Translations under genes and position numbers: made by a program
Shown: piece after piece, positions 31,320 through 43,868 of the stretch
Position numbering within the stretch: the first letter of the stretch is position 1
Layout: each line of letters opens with the position of its first letter
The notes under the pieces: generated by a model
The model's input: only the letters and a program-made list of their open reading frames with translations
Databases searched by the model: none
What the model was told of the DNA's origin: nothing
From: Folioceros fuciformis
Taxonomy: Eukaryota
Direction: 5' to 3'
Assembly: GCA_049999805.1 (NCBI GenBank)
Contig: JBNGIO010006002.1
Coordinates: 1-61,768 of the forward strand
Length of the DNA stretch: 61,768 nt

Positions 31320-32700
31320 AGGAATGTATGTTTACTGCTTTTAATATTTATCTATTTAAAATAAGCCTTAAAGTTCATCAACCCCAAAGTTGAGAGGAAG
31401 AATGAGAAGAGGCTAAAGGCCAAAAAGGGACTAGTGGCTTTGGATACCATTCCCAGAATTACCTACTCCTCTCAAAATGTGTTAAGACATCACTTGACTT
31501 GCACTGATTGCTATTCCTAAGGCTACATTCATTGGCTAAGAACCTTTCCAAAGAAAATGGTTATGCCTTGTTGAAACAAGGCCACCATAGAGGAAAGAGG
31601 AAGAACTTCATTCCTATAACTATGATAGACCTTTGCACACTAAAGTGGAAGAACTTCATATCTATGACTATGATAAACTTTTGCACACTCTTTAACAAGG
31701 CTATGTAAAATAAGCTTAGCAAGTGATGAGTGTAGCTTATGCATGCCAATGAAATATGCAACTTTTCAATTGTTTAGTCCACACCAGCATGTTCGATGTT
31801 AGCAACACACATTTTATCTTCCCTTTGTTGGATTGTAGTGCCAACAACATTCAATAGTGATGGCGAACGGTTCAACCTTTGTAGTAGTAACATTGGCATG
31901 TTCTCATCTAAGAGCTAACAACATTGGCATATTCTCATCTAAGAACTAACAGGATCTTTTACCTCAACTTCATGCGTGAGCATATGCCCACGCATGAAGT
32001 TCCTTTGGCACCGCACTGTTGGACCTATCATAAGATTAGGGTTTAGATCAGGTTGAGATTAGTCATGAGCTTAGTGCAAACCTCCAAGGTCGGTGTGGAT
32101 GCATGTGTGTGCAGAAGCTTTGATCTTGTGAATTTGCTTACTAAGTTGCCTCTGGTTTCTTCATAAACTTACGATTCATTTCAAATTTAAGAATACAATA
32201 GCTATGTACCAAGCATAGGCCTTAAGGGGGAGTAGATCTTGCATTAGGTGGTGCCTAAAGAGGACTAGTCCTCTACTTGGTCAACTTGACACTAAGTTGT
32301 AGGGTTATTAAAGCCCAATGTGCTTAGACTAATGTGTTTAGTCTAAGATTAGTGTATAGTTAAGTATTATTTTTTTAGATTAGCTTAAGCTAATATGTAG
32401 GAAGCTTCTTACACAGCTTCCTATGCACTTCTTGTGAAGCTTTCTTGGGAGCTCTTCGAGAGGGTATAAATACCCTCTTGAGCTCCCTTGCGATAGAGTG
32501 TGTGAAAGAGTAAGACCTCTCTTTCTCCTCTCCTCCTTGCTTCCTCCTCTCCTCCTTCATCATGTGGCTACCCTAACGATCCTTCATAAGTCTCACATGG
32601 GAGAACTCTAAGAGAAGAGATTGAAGGCTACCTTCACCTTGTCTCTTGGCCCAAGAATATGGGTGTCATTGGCCACAAATGCCAAAATTGGCAATCCTAT
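31320..32700 (+). mobile_element. Degenerate Ty1/copia-like remnant (RNase H tail, PPT, LTR-like sequence)
   Basis: At about 32123-32210 it reads DLVNLLTKLPL...FKFKNTIAM, resembling the copia ADxLTKPL tail. This is followed by PPT-like aagggggag (32224-32232) and an LTR-like stretch with tataaataccc (32465) and a CT-rich tract. Region is CpG-poor. Confidence 0.5.
31966..32001. repeat. 36-bp near-perfect palindrome
   Basis: aacttcatgcgtgagcat|atgcccacgcatgaagtt, with one mismatch. Confidence 0.9.
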
Positions 32701-32901
32701 TGTGCAAAGGCAATGGAAAACAAGGCTCTGCGCCATGGCAAAGAGGTCACCCTCAAATGGGTTCTCTTGCCTTGTGCATGTCGCTCAATAAAAAGCCAAG
32801 ACCCCCTTTGTAATTGGACCTTCTCAAAAGGAAGAATTTGGACAACGAGCCATAGAAAGAGTGAACAAATGGAATGAGCTCCACCTATTGGTTCCCTGCA
32901 T

Positions 32902-34080
32902 TCATATGTTCTGAGAAAATGACAATCCTTTACATGTTGTTGCAGGCATTTTCGACATCTTGTTAAAGGCATTCTCGAAACTTGATGACATTCTCTTCCG
33001 AGAGGTACATTCGAACATTTTATGGGAAAAGAATTCGCATTGTTCATTCATACCTAGATTTTCAAAAGCAAACTCCTTCTTTAGGATATCTTGATTCATA
33101 TTAGCCATTGACACTTCTTCCATGCCTTCAAAAAAGGGATGCCGTAGAACTTCCAGTGCTGTTATCCTATCTTCAGAGTTGAATGCAAGTAGTCTTCTAA
33201 GTGAGGATAAAGCCACATGATCTACATTTGGAAAATTCTCTTCAAAAGGATCTTTCATAACTTTTGTTGGCATATCCTCCCCTATTCCAAAAAAGTCTTG
33301 GATTAGTTTCAATTGTTCTTCAGCATTCTCTCTTGGAAACAACATTCTTCCTTTCATCATTTCAGCAAATATGCATCCTATACTCCACATATCTATCGCT
33401 GAAGTATAATACTTCAAACCATCCGTACAAAGCTCTGGAGCACAGTAACATACAGTAACTATACTATACGGTGTCTACTCCTCCACGAAATTAATTTTTG
33501 GAATAAATCGACCATGTCCAAAATCACAAATTTTGAGTCCGCCCTGAAAATCTATCAATAAATTTGGGGTCTTTAAGTCTCTATGAACAATATTTGCAGC
33601 ATGCAAGTAAGCCACTCCTTGAAAAAGTTGGTATAACAAAGACCGTTGTCTTTCAAGAGAAAGCTCTTTAGTAGCTCGTATCTCTTGCCACAAGCCACAC
33701 TTCATCAATTCCATTACTATATAAACTTCTCCAAGCATATTAGGTAGATAAAATATATTTTCTAATTTTATAATACGCGGATGCTGCAATATTTTCAGCA
33801 ATGTTCTTTCTCGCAAAATGGACAACTTTGTGTAGAAACCCATATTTTTATATGGAATATTTTTGATAGCCACATCTTTACCACTCGCAACATCTTTTGC
33901 AGCACAAACTTTTCCAAAAGCTCCTTGGCCTTTAAATTCTGTTATAAGATAAGAAGATTGATCGAAATCTGTCCAAGATGAGTTTCTTTTTTTACATGGG
34001 AATGATGGATTCTTGGGTGATCCAAACCCTAATATTTCACTTACCCTGTGTATTAAATTTGAAGCTAGATTTTTCTTCAT
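32902..34080 (-). pseudogene. Intronless group-D (TDY-class) MAP kinase-derived gene with an in-frame TAG at 33477-33475
   Basis: The two track ORFs share one frame: GQGAFGKV, VAIK, HRDLKTPNLL, ICDFG, EE*TPYSIVTVCYCAPELC, AIDMWSIGCIFAE, PFEENFPNVDHVAL, KEFAFE. Confidence 0.85.
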
Positions 34081-34167
34081 TGCAAATCAAGATCAATGTG
34101 CGTTGTTTGAACAATATGCAAAATGACCCATTAATTGTGTACATGATTTATGTTACTAGGAGAGGCC

Positions 34168-34177
34168 CTTTATATAG
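34168..34177 (-). promoter_or_regulatory. TATA box upstream of the MAPK-like ORF
   Basis: ctatataaag on the minus strand, about 90 bp upstream of ATG 34080. Confidence 0.45.
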
Positions 34178-35297
34178 ATAGGTTAAGAATTACTAATATA
34201 GTACTAAAATATAGACAAAAAGTCTCAATATAGCAATAGTCCTTAACATAAGGTAATATACATAGTTAGCACAAACTCTAGAACTTACTTAATCTATTAT
34301 CCATACATTAAGTAAAAGAACTTTCTAAGTAGTATTAAAAAACCTTAAGTTAAAAGTGATAGAAACAAACCCTAAACAAGGAAAGGGTTTTTTTATTTTG
34401 CCATTGTATCAAAGTTCTTGATGACCTTTTTAACTAAATCATTAGAAAGAGTGGAGATTTGTGTCCTTTTTACTTTACTTCTCAGGTGGAGGATGAGCCC
34501 ATTAGAAGTTGTTATCACGCAAAAATGGAAGTTATTTTCAGATGAGAACTTGATCCAATGACCACCTCACCCAATGTTGGTTGATGCCGAGTTAGTTGAC
34601 TGGCTGGGGTCAACATTACCAAACCGACGCGTCTCCGCGGTGGGTACCTGTCCGTCTCTTTTCAAGATAGCCTGGTATCCTAAGAGGTAAGACAAGCCAG
34701 AGGACACAGTCCGCTGGCTCCCAGTTCTAAACAGAGGAAACCTGAAGCGTTGCGTTTACAACAAATTGTTTCAGTACAGCTCACTAAAGGCTTTGACTAT
34801 GTGTCTTGCCACCATGAACTTACAGAATGACCAATCGCATACCATACTTTCCTTAAACTGGACGTATTTTACACGCAGCTCGCTGCTTGCTGGGCCAGTC
34901 AGAGGGTGGTTAAAAGCCCCAATCAAGAATTCGCAGCCGTGTCTCCTTCGGATCCAAATGCAGGACGTGCACAGGGGATGGGCCTGAACACCAGTACACT
35001 CCAGCGGAAAATATTCACCGTTAAGCGTCAACACCGCCAAACTCACAGCTGATCAGCCTTCATCTTGTCCAGCTGCTCTGACAGGCTCAAGTGGTGTCGA
35101 ACCTGCCCATGGGTACGGAGTTATCGTCCAGATGTGTGTCAGTCAGACTACTGAACATCCAGTGCAGGTAATTTGGCTTGAGTACTTCCTGGGGAAATTA
35201 ACGACAGAAGGATAAGGATAGGCGCCCAGCCCTATATATCACAACCACCCTTTTAAGGAAAAAAAACCATGCCAATACCTTCATGACTGGCAAGTTC

Positions 35298-38200
35298 TTA
35301 ACGAATGCTCCTGCCCCTGCTGTTGCTCCTTCCTCGACTACTTGCTGACGATGACCTTCGTCTCCTCCTGCTTTCCCTGCTATCCCGTCCATCCTTTTGC
35401 TTGTCCCTAGTTTTACTGTCCACTCCTTCCCTGCTTTCCCGTCCATCCTTTTGCTTGTCCCTAGATTTACTGTCCACTCCTTTTTCTGGTTTCCGCCTGT
35501 CTCGCTCACTCCTCCTACTGGTTGTTTTACTCTTGTACTTGTCTCCATCTCCACTGCGCTCAGCCTTAGCCTCCCTGTCAGTATCTTTCGATTGATCCTT
35601 CTCGAGATCTTTGTGTACATCTCGTTTCCTCTCATAGGTCTTTTCCACATCTCTTGCTGAGTCCCTGTCATGCTGCCTGTGTCCCTCCTTTCTTCTAGAA
35701 TATGTCGCTTCCCGATCTTTCGGATTGTCACGGGCCCTACTATTATCATGCTCATGATCCTTAGCCACGCGGTCAACATCTCTATGCGTCTTCTTGTCCA
35801 TACGCAAGGACTCTTGACCATGTCCATCAGTCCTTTGGGAAGCCCTGTTGCCGCCACTCTCCGTCCCTCTTGTTTCTCTCGTAAATAGGTCCGGCTTAGA
35901 GTGCACAGTGTTCTGCTCTTTAGCATCAGCACTCCCTTGGTCCGATCTTGCTCTGCCCCTGGTTTTGACCATAACATCTTGTTCTGCAGATTCCGAGGAT
36001 CCCATCTTTGAAAGCTTCCGAGACTCCAGGTGTTCATAACTGGAATCTGCAGGAAGAAGGTTCAGTGCAGTAGCTTCCACATTTGTGTCCAGTGCTGCGG
36101 CATCTCCAGTGACAGAGACATCCCTTTCACTCAAGCGGGCCCTCCTTGGGCTGCGCTCATTGTAGCTGTGATCATATGGACGTTTCAGTCCTTTGTGTTC
36201 GGCTTTAGCTTCCTTCCGCCCTGATCTACTGTTCGACGAGTCTTTAACTCCCGTTTCTCCTTTAAGCTGCTCCTCCAAATGTTTTTCAGAATCAGCCCTC
36301 CGCGAATGAGATTTCTCCTTCGCATCCCCATTTTTTTCTAGCTCTGAACGCTTAAGTGTGCTAGGAGGACCGAGATTACTTCTTTCCCCATCTTCGTCAT
36401 CAGATGCGTATGTTGCAAGTCCAAGTAGATTACCACCGGGTACACCAGAGCCTGGACTTCCACTATCATCTTCACTCGGTTGATTCAACTTGCTGGGGTC
36501 CACCACTACTCTAACAATTGCAGAGACAGCAGGAACAGGTGACGCAGGCGGTGACGATTGCACATGAGCTTCAGGCATTTTAGTTCCCAGCCCCACAGCT
36601 ACGACACAACACAATGGCAAAATAAGAGGAGCAAAACGAAACAGCGAAAGATTGAAGAATCACTTGAGCTTGATGCACGGGCGAGAAATATGCGCCAACA
36701 ACAGGCTAAAAGTCAAAGAAACCTCCAACCTTCTGAGACAGACTCGTCATCTTCATCCATTACTTCCTGAGCAATTTCATCAAATATGTCCTCCGTTACC
36801 TGCCAAAAGGCTCACATGCGTCAAGAAAGGTAGAAGGCCTAAATTATTTCTTTGAGTACAGCTTGTTACTTCATGCAATTGGCGTCAAGAGGATAATCAT
36901 GGTCCTCGGCCTCTAAGGCAAGTTAGCAGGGCTGGCACACTTGCCCTGTGCAGTCTCCAAGGTTTGGGCAGTACTAATTACCTTCAGGAGAACCTCTGTC
37001 AGAATGCGCTTTATCTCCTGGTTTATTGCCGCCGTCCTAGCTGCTGCAGCTTCATCCTGAACGTTTAACTATAACATAAGACGCTGAGAACTCTACCCTG
37101 AGCTAAATTGCTCAGGATGAGAATTTAGCCCCTGTTGAAGCTGACCTCAAGTCCAAAGTCCAAACTACATGACTAAACAGGAGAACCACATGCTTGCATT
37201 TACAAATCCAAACTTGTCCTAGGGCATCACACAGTACTTCATCTTCGTCGTCCTCGCCCTCGCTGTGTCCAGATGAGTCACTCTTTGTTTGCTCGAGCTT
37301 ACGATTTACAGTTGAAGCTCCAACTCCATTGGCTTCAAAGTCGTCAGGAGTTGACACAGTCGCTGAGTTCCCCGATGCAGCAGCTGCCTTTTTCTTCATC
37401 AGCTCCTCTCTCAGCCACGACGGTACAGCTGCCTGCAAACAAGAAAGCCAAGAAGAAACCCTTAAGCCCACAGAACAATGGAGCTCCATAAGAGCACACC
37501 ACACAGACAATTTTGAATTTCCACCAACTCCAAATACCAACAGGTTACTTCACCTTCTTTGGCCGATCAGAGGCCACAGTGTTTCCATTAACATCTGGAA
37601 ACATGGGCCCAATTCCAGCATGAGGTCCTATGCTAGCATTTGCCTGGAAACCAAACGGGGCTCCAAGGGTAGGCGCGGCAGGCCTGAAATTTGGACCATG
37701 TGGCCTGCCAAATACATGAGGCGGCTGATGGCCATGGGGCTGCTGAAGGTGGTGATGAGGATCAAACTGCAAAGAAAAGGCCCAGACCATTCAGACATAC
37801 AAAGAGGCAAAAAATTCCTGGCTTCGCAAACAGCCAGTAGCAGGCAGAATGATGAGGCTCGCATACCTGAGGACCTCCTGCTGCTCCAGGCATATTGATC
37901 CCCATAGCAGATGGAAATGACATGCCAGGAACTACCATAGAGGGCCAGCCTTGCATTGAAGGAGGCGCTCCATAAGGTTCGGGACCCTCCATGCCGATCG
38001 GTTGCGCAGGAGGCATAAACTGAGGTGGTAATTGCTGCTGATACTCCGCATGTCCTGATTGCTGAAAATCAAACTGTTGGTGCGGCTGCATGTCATATGA
38101 TGGCATCGGCGGGTAAGGATAAGGAAACTGCTGCTGTGGAGGCTGCTGCTGCGGTGGTGGCAACGGCGGCGGTTGTGTCTGCTGCTGTGGAGNNNNNNNN

Positions 38201-38642
38201 NNNNNNNNNNNNNNNNNNNNNNNNNNNNNNNNNNNNNNNNNNNNNNNNNNNNNNNNNNNNNNNNNNNNNNNNNNNNNNNNNNNNNNNNNNNNNNNNNNNN
38301 NNNNNNNNNNNNNNNNNNNNNNNNNNNNNNNNNNNNNNNNNNNNNNNNNNNNNNNNNNNNNNNNNNNNNNNNNNNNNNNNNNNNNNNNNNNNNNNNNNNN
38401 NNNNNNNNNNNNNNNNNNNNNNNNNNNNNNNNNNNNNNNNNNNNNNNNNNNNNNNNNNNNNNNNNNNNNNNNNNNNNNNNNNNNNNNNNNNNNNNNNNNN
38501 NNNNNNNNNNNNNNNNNNNNNNNNNNNNNNNNNNNNNNNNNNNNNNNNNNNNNNNNNNNNNNNNNNNNNNNNNNNNNNNNNNNNNNNNNNNNGGCCCGGC
38601 CAATGCCGCTCGTCTCCCGCGCTCTGCACCACCTCCGGACAT
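35298..38642 (-). CDS. PNISR-like arginine/serine-rich protein; termini uncertain
   Basis: Pro/Gln-rich N-part, then AAVPSWLREELMKKK, AAARTAAINQEIKRILTEVLLK-VTEDIFDEIAQEVM (PNISR-type helix), LLGLATYASDDED and an RD/RS-rich tail. The N gap hides part of exon 1. Confidence 0.8.
35373..35480 (-). repeat. In-frame 54-bp tandem duplication in the PNISR-like coding exon
   Basis: Encodes GVDSKSRDKQKDGRESRE then GVDSKTRDKQKDGRDSRE. Confidence 0.9.
38193..38592. other. Assembly gap (400 N)
   Basis: Run of n. Confidence 1.
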
Positions 38643-39340
38643 GGATCCCGCGCCCGCCTCTGCCTCCCTCGACTCCCATGGTGCACGCCTCGCCAGGGCA
38701 GCGCACCTCAGGCCCTTACGCCTCTCTTCCCTTCCCTTGCCTTCCCTTCCGCTAACCAGCGATTTCTATATTTCAAAACTGCCACCGGGCTGGGCCGGGC
38801 TTGCACGCTGTTCGCTTCCTCGTCACCTTTATCAACGTTGCTACGCTCGGCCCTGTTATCCACATTCCTTGCCCCAAATATTTCGCTTCAAACTCGCACT
38901 ACGCTAACGAGCTAGAAACGTAGGTTAGCTAACTTTGCTAAATATTTCTACCTCTTTAGCATCCGTATTATAACATAATATATGATTTATTTAATACGTC
39001 AAGACTGGGCTTTTTCGTATGGAATCGTGGATGAGGAACGCCCTCCAGTCTGTGGATGTGATGACGGTAAAGGGCTCGTGGGAGCGGGATGTGATACGAG
39101 GACGGTGAGCTGTGCGGGACGTGGAATATTCTGGAGGCTCTATCAGTCACTGCGGGGTGGGTAGGTGGGAGATGCTCTTGGTGAATCGGGATGGCAGGGC
39201 CCACGGAGTGCGGCGATACGTATTCCATTTGGTCGGACCAGGTGGTGCGTTCAAAGCGCGCGGAGGAGACCTTCGCTCGCAGGGCCTAGGACTGTTGTGT
39301 TCGTCTGGGCCTGCATTCTGCATCGCTGCTCCTGGAAGCT

Positions 39341-42300
39341 ATGGCTGGGAGGACGACGGAGGCGGTGCACGCGCACATTCGGGCCGTTGTGGAGAGCACT
39401 GCGCTTGTGGACGGGCACGGCCACAATGTGGTGGAGCTCGAGTCCTCCATCCCCTTCCTCCAGGCGTTCGCTGAGGCCGAGGGCCAGGCCCTCGGGGCCA
39501 TCCCGCACACGCTGCCTTTCAAGGTGCGATGGTTGCGTTTGAGCTGAATGTGACGGCCTACCGCTTTGATTTGGAGGAGGGAGGACACCTGGAGAGTGTA
39601 AGGTCAGCTGGAGGTTTGCAGGCGGTTGCTTTTGCAGTGAGCTCATTGCTCGCGTGTCCGTGTGCTTGTGCACGTGAACTTTTTTTGCTGAATTGTAGAG
39701 GAGCGTGAACGACATTGCCGGATTTTATGGCGTCGAGGCTAATCTGGAGAGCGTTGAAGCGCACCGGAAAGCGGAGGGGCTGAATGCTCTCTGTCACCAA
39801 TGTTTCGATGCTGCGAATATTTGCACACTTCTCCTGGACGATAGTCTGCCGCTGGACAAGATGAAGGACTTGTCCTGGCATAAGAAGTATATCTACGGGG
39901 TTCACAGGCTGCTGCGGATCGAGACGCTGGCTGAGGACATTTTGAACAAGGTGGAGAGTGAAGTGCAGTGTTTGCTTGACGGGTGTTGCGGTGTGAGCGA
40001 CAGTAGGAGCTGGTCTGGTTGGAGATTGTGGCTCTTACTTGCTCCTTGCGACAGGGTCCGCCTCATACCGCTGTCACTTGGACGCTGAACAGCTTCGAGG
40101 AGCGGTTCGTGGAGGCGCTCAGATCATATCCTTTACTCTGGTTGTTATTGCCAGTTTGACGGTTTGATGCTGTACGGTTTCAGGAGAGGGGGTGACAGGC
40201 CCTCACCACCTGTGTTCCTTGATTTCCGTCGTACCTTTTCTTCTAGTGTGGTTGGATTCAAGAGCATTGCAGCTTATCGAAGTGGCCTTGATATTGATCC
40301 GGCGGTGTCCGATCGAGCTGCCGAGGAAGGACTGATGGAAGAGATAAGTAAGTGGCAACCTGGAAATGCACTGCAATCGAGTGAAGTCACTTGTTTGCAG
40401 CTGATGCAGGTGATTGGCCGCCTGCAGAGAAGAAGAAGCCTTACAGGTTGGAGGACAAGAGCCTTCTCAATTTTTGCTTTACAAGAGCCTTGGAGCTTGC
40501 CACCCTGAAGGAGCTACCAATGCAGATACATACGGGGTACGATTGTCCAGGACTTGTCAGGCTAGCCGAAGTTTGTTGGTAGCTCGACTCCAGTTTGGCA
40601 AGCCATGCATAACCTTGTTCGGTGTCCTCAGTTTTGGGGACAAAGATCTGGATTTGAAACTGGCAAATCCTCTTCACTTGCGAGCAGTGCTTGAAGATAA
40701 ACGATTCGCTACTAGTCGCTTGGTCTTATTGCATGCATCCTATCCTTACATGCGGGAAGCAGCTTACCTTTCAAACGTTTATCCTCAGGTGGGAATTTCT
40801 CTGCAGGTGAACCTAAACCACAATTTTACTGCATCTTTTAAGCTCTGTGCTCTTCTTTCACAGGTTCATCTAGACTTTGGGCTCGCAATTCCTAAGCTTA
40901 GTGTTCGGGGTATGAAAGCAGCCATCGCCCAGCTGTTCGAACTTGCACCCCTGAATAAGGTAACAAAGTGCTCTCCCCCGCAAATCACCGGAACAAATTT
41001 CTATACAGTTTCCTACTATTGGACAACTTGCAATTAGCTCTTGCAAGTGAGATCTGATCTCGTTGGCATTTGTTCAGGTGATGTTTAGCACAGATGGATA
41101 TGCTTTTCCGGAAACGTACTACTTAGGTGAGATATATTTGGATTGTTCTTGAACTTTTCTAGTCTATCCAGAGTAGTCCGATCTTGGAAAAGAAACGCAT
41201 GAAACGGTGATACGAATGACATGTCGGAGAGATTTTTACTGTCGTTTGACTGTGATGTTGCAGGTGCTAAGTGGGCAAGAAACATCCTGTCACAAGTTCT
41301 CTGTGAAGCTTTCAGTGATGGAGACTTGTCGGAAGATGACGCGGTTGCTGCAGCTCGTGGTATCCTACAGGCCAACGCCTTAGCCTTTTACAGGCTCGAT
41401 GCAGGCACTGCAAATTTCACACATAAGGGCAAGGGAATATCTGTAACTGAAGCTGGAACTGCTCCTGACGAAGCTGATCCCTGTCCCAGCCATAAGCAAG
41501 ACATTGCTTATTATCGCTTACTATGGGCAGATGTGGTTGGGATCAGACGATGCAGAGTAGGTGGCGACAATCGTGCTGTTTCTGGCTCTTTGGAGCACGA
41601 CGCCATATCTTTTCCCGGTCAAGACTCATTGTGTTCTCAGACTTGCAGGTGGTCCCTACAGCAAGGTACAAATCCGTGGTCGTCGAGAATGGTGTTGGTT
41701 TAGTTAAATGTATCATGGCGATGTCATCGGGCTTGGATGCTATCGCCAAAAACTCAGGACTCACTGCTGATGAGGAGATTCGCCTCATTCCTGATACAAC
41801 AACTGAGCGCTATATCCCCTGGTGCGGATTTTTCCAGATCTGTGTTTCTGCATGTGAATGTGGACAGTCAATTGAGAGTTGTTCGAATGAGGTGTTTTCA
41901 AACGAGGGGACCGTGGAGCTCACCAGGGTTCGCATGATTCACAGGACTTCGGCGAAACATGCATTTGTACTTGCTGACATGCATGTGACACCCGGGATCC
42001 CCTGGGAATACTGTCCTAGGAGCACTCTACGCCGCCTTCTCAATGTTTTGGACAAGGAATTTGGTCTGGTGAGTGAGAAAATTTGGATTCCATCGCCTTC
42101 GATGTAATTTTCTATCTGCTCTAATGGTTCGTATTCCTGGTCTTCGTGTTTGTGGTGGTTTATCGATCGGCAGTCCCTAGAGGTTGGATTCGAGAGCGAG
42201 TTCTATCTCTTGGAGAAGACTGATAGGTGTGATCACATTAAAAGTTGTTGGGGTTTTTCAACGCGATGTGGTGAGGATATCTCTCCTGATGTATGTCTCC

Positions 42301-43651
42301 CACTTATTTCAGACCCGAAGGGTGGAAGGGGGTAGACGGAACCCCGTATTGTTCTAGTAATGGTTACGGTGCAATGGCGGAAGTACTCACAGAGATTGTT
42401 GAGACATTGGGTCAGCTACGCATCCCAGTTGAACAGGTAGACCTGCAGTTACCCTCCTGAGGTTCCACTGTGCTATTTGCAAGGTTAAGTCCATCCATAC
42501 CCCCTTTTTCTCCCCATAGCAATCCTTATGGTGTCGGACCTTGGTGCCGTCAGCACCACGCTGAATCAGGTGGTGGGCAGTTTGAAATTGCTCTCTCCCA
42601 TGCACCTGCACTGTTGGCAGCTGACAACTTGCTACTTGCTCGGGAGGCCATAGTTGCGATTAGCCGCCGAAACTCCTTCGTGGCAACCTTTCTGCCCAAG
42701 TGAGTGTGGAATCTCTGATTTCAAAAGTTCAAGCTTACTGGCTGCTTCATCTATTGTTCTGACAGCTGGTGATCCAGGTTGCCTTTCGACTTATCGAGTG
42801 CTGGTACTGGTGGTCATGTCCACTTAAGTGTCTGGAAAGAGGGCAAGAACGTTTTTCTAGGAGATTCAGAATCAACCCATGGAATGTCAAAGATTGGCGA
42901 GCACTTTGTAGCAGGAGTTTACCACCATCTGCCTGCCATCTTAGCCTTCACTACTCCGCATCCTTTAAGGTAAGGCATTACAGTAAGTGCCCATCTGAGG
43001 CCTAACCTTCAGGAGTTCTAATTTGCGTCATGAACACATCAGTTATAAGCGCATTCAACCTAATTGCTGGAGTGGAGCATTCCATACGTGGGGACACGAG
43101 AACCGAGAATCACCCATACGAACTGTCAGCCCTCCTGGCGTCCCCGACAAAGTTGTGAGCAACTTCGAGCTTAAGGCCTTCGATGGTTGTGCTAATCCTT
43201 ACTTGGGTCTCGCAGCGGTCTTGGCAGCGGGGATTGATGGGCTGAGGAAGGAGCTGCGGTTACCACCTCCGACTCGTCAGTGCTTAGCCCCTGCATTCCC
43301 TGCAATCCAGCTGCACTGTGAAGGTGTGGATTGTGTGTTTTAACTCTGCTATGCCCTGTGCCAGAGGGAAATCCTGCGGAGCTGGAAAAGGGCACGGTGT
43401 CGAGGTTGCCAACCACGGTATCAGAATCCGTCCAATGTCTGCTGGACGATGGCATCTTGAAGGAGATGCTTGGCATCCCGTTGGTTACTGCTGCGTGTGC
43501 CAGCCGTCTGGTAAAGCTTCCCCTCCTTACCTGCGGTCTCGCGGGGACTGTAGTGTTCATGGCGGGCACCTAATTGCGGTTCCAAAATGCCCAGGCCGAT
43601 GAAGAATACTTCGCGCGCAATTCTGCCCTCAAGCTTCTCCATATTTATTAG
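39341..43651 (+). CDS. NodGS: Nodulin/glutamine synthetase-like fusion protein (FluG-like amidohydrolase + GSI)
   Basis: Amidohydrolase part: LVDGHGHN, FKSIAAYRSGL, MQIHTGFGDKDLDL, LLHASYPY, VMFSTDGYAFPETYYLG. GS part: GFESEFYLL, HAESGGGQFEIAL, GTGGHVHLSVW, WGHENRESPIR, NFELKAFDGCANPYLGLAAV. Stop TAG 43649-43651. Confidence 0.95.
40126..40234 (+). other. U12-type AT-AC intron in NodGS
   Basis: 5' ATATCCTTT, branch TTCCTTGAT at 40215-40223, 3' AC. Removal restores the frame ...VEALRS-FSSSVVGFKSIAAYRSG. Confidence 0.9.
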
Positions 43652-43868
43652 CACCGGGAAAGGTACGTTTGCAGGGACCTCGCATGAAGACATAACATCA
43701 TTTGGCTGTACAGTTCTGTCGGAATGTTAGGACGCGGACTCACAGACTATGTACACCTAGGCAGGTTTTGCAGACAGGTGTCTGCCGTGCCTCTTGCAGC
43801 CAGCCACGTGTGATGGCGATGTTGATCTCAAGTTAAATTAAAAAGGTTATAGACCTAGAACACCTATG

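Noticed and set aside
33475..33477. Stop-codon rescue of the MAPK by RNA editing or readthrough
   Set aside because: U-to-C editing is organellar and would give Gln rather than the expected Trp. Other conserved residues (YRAPE to YCAPE) are also decayed.
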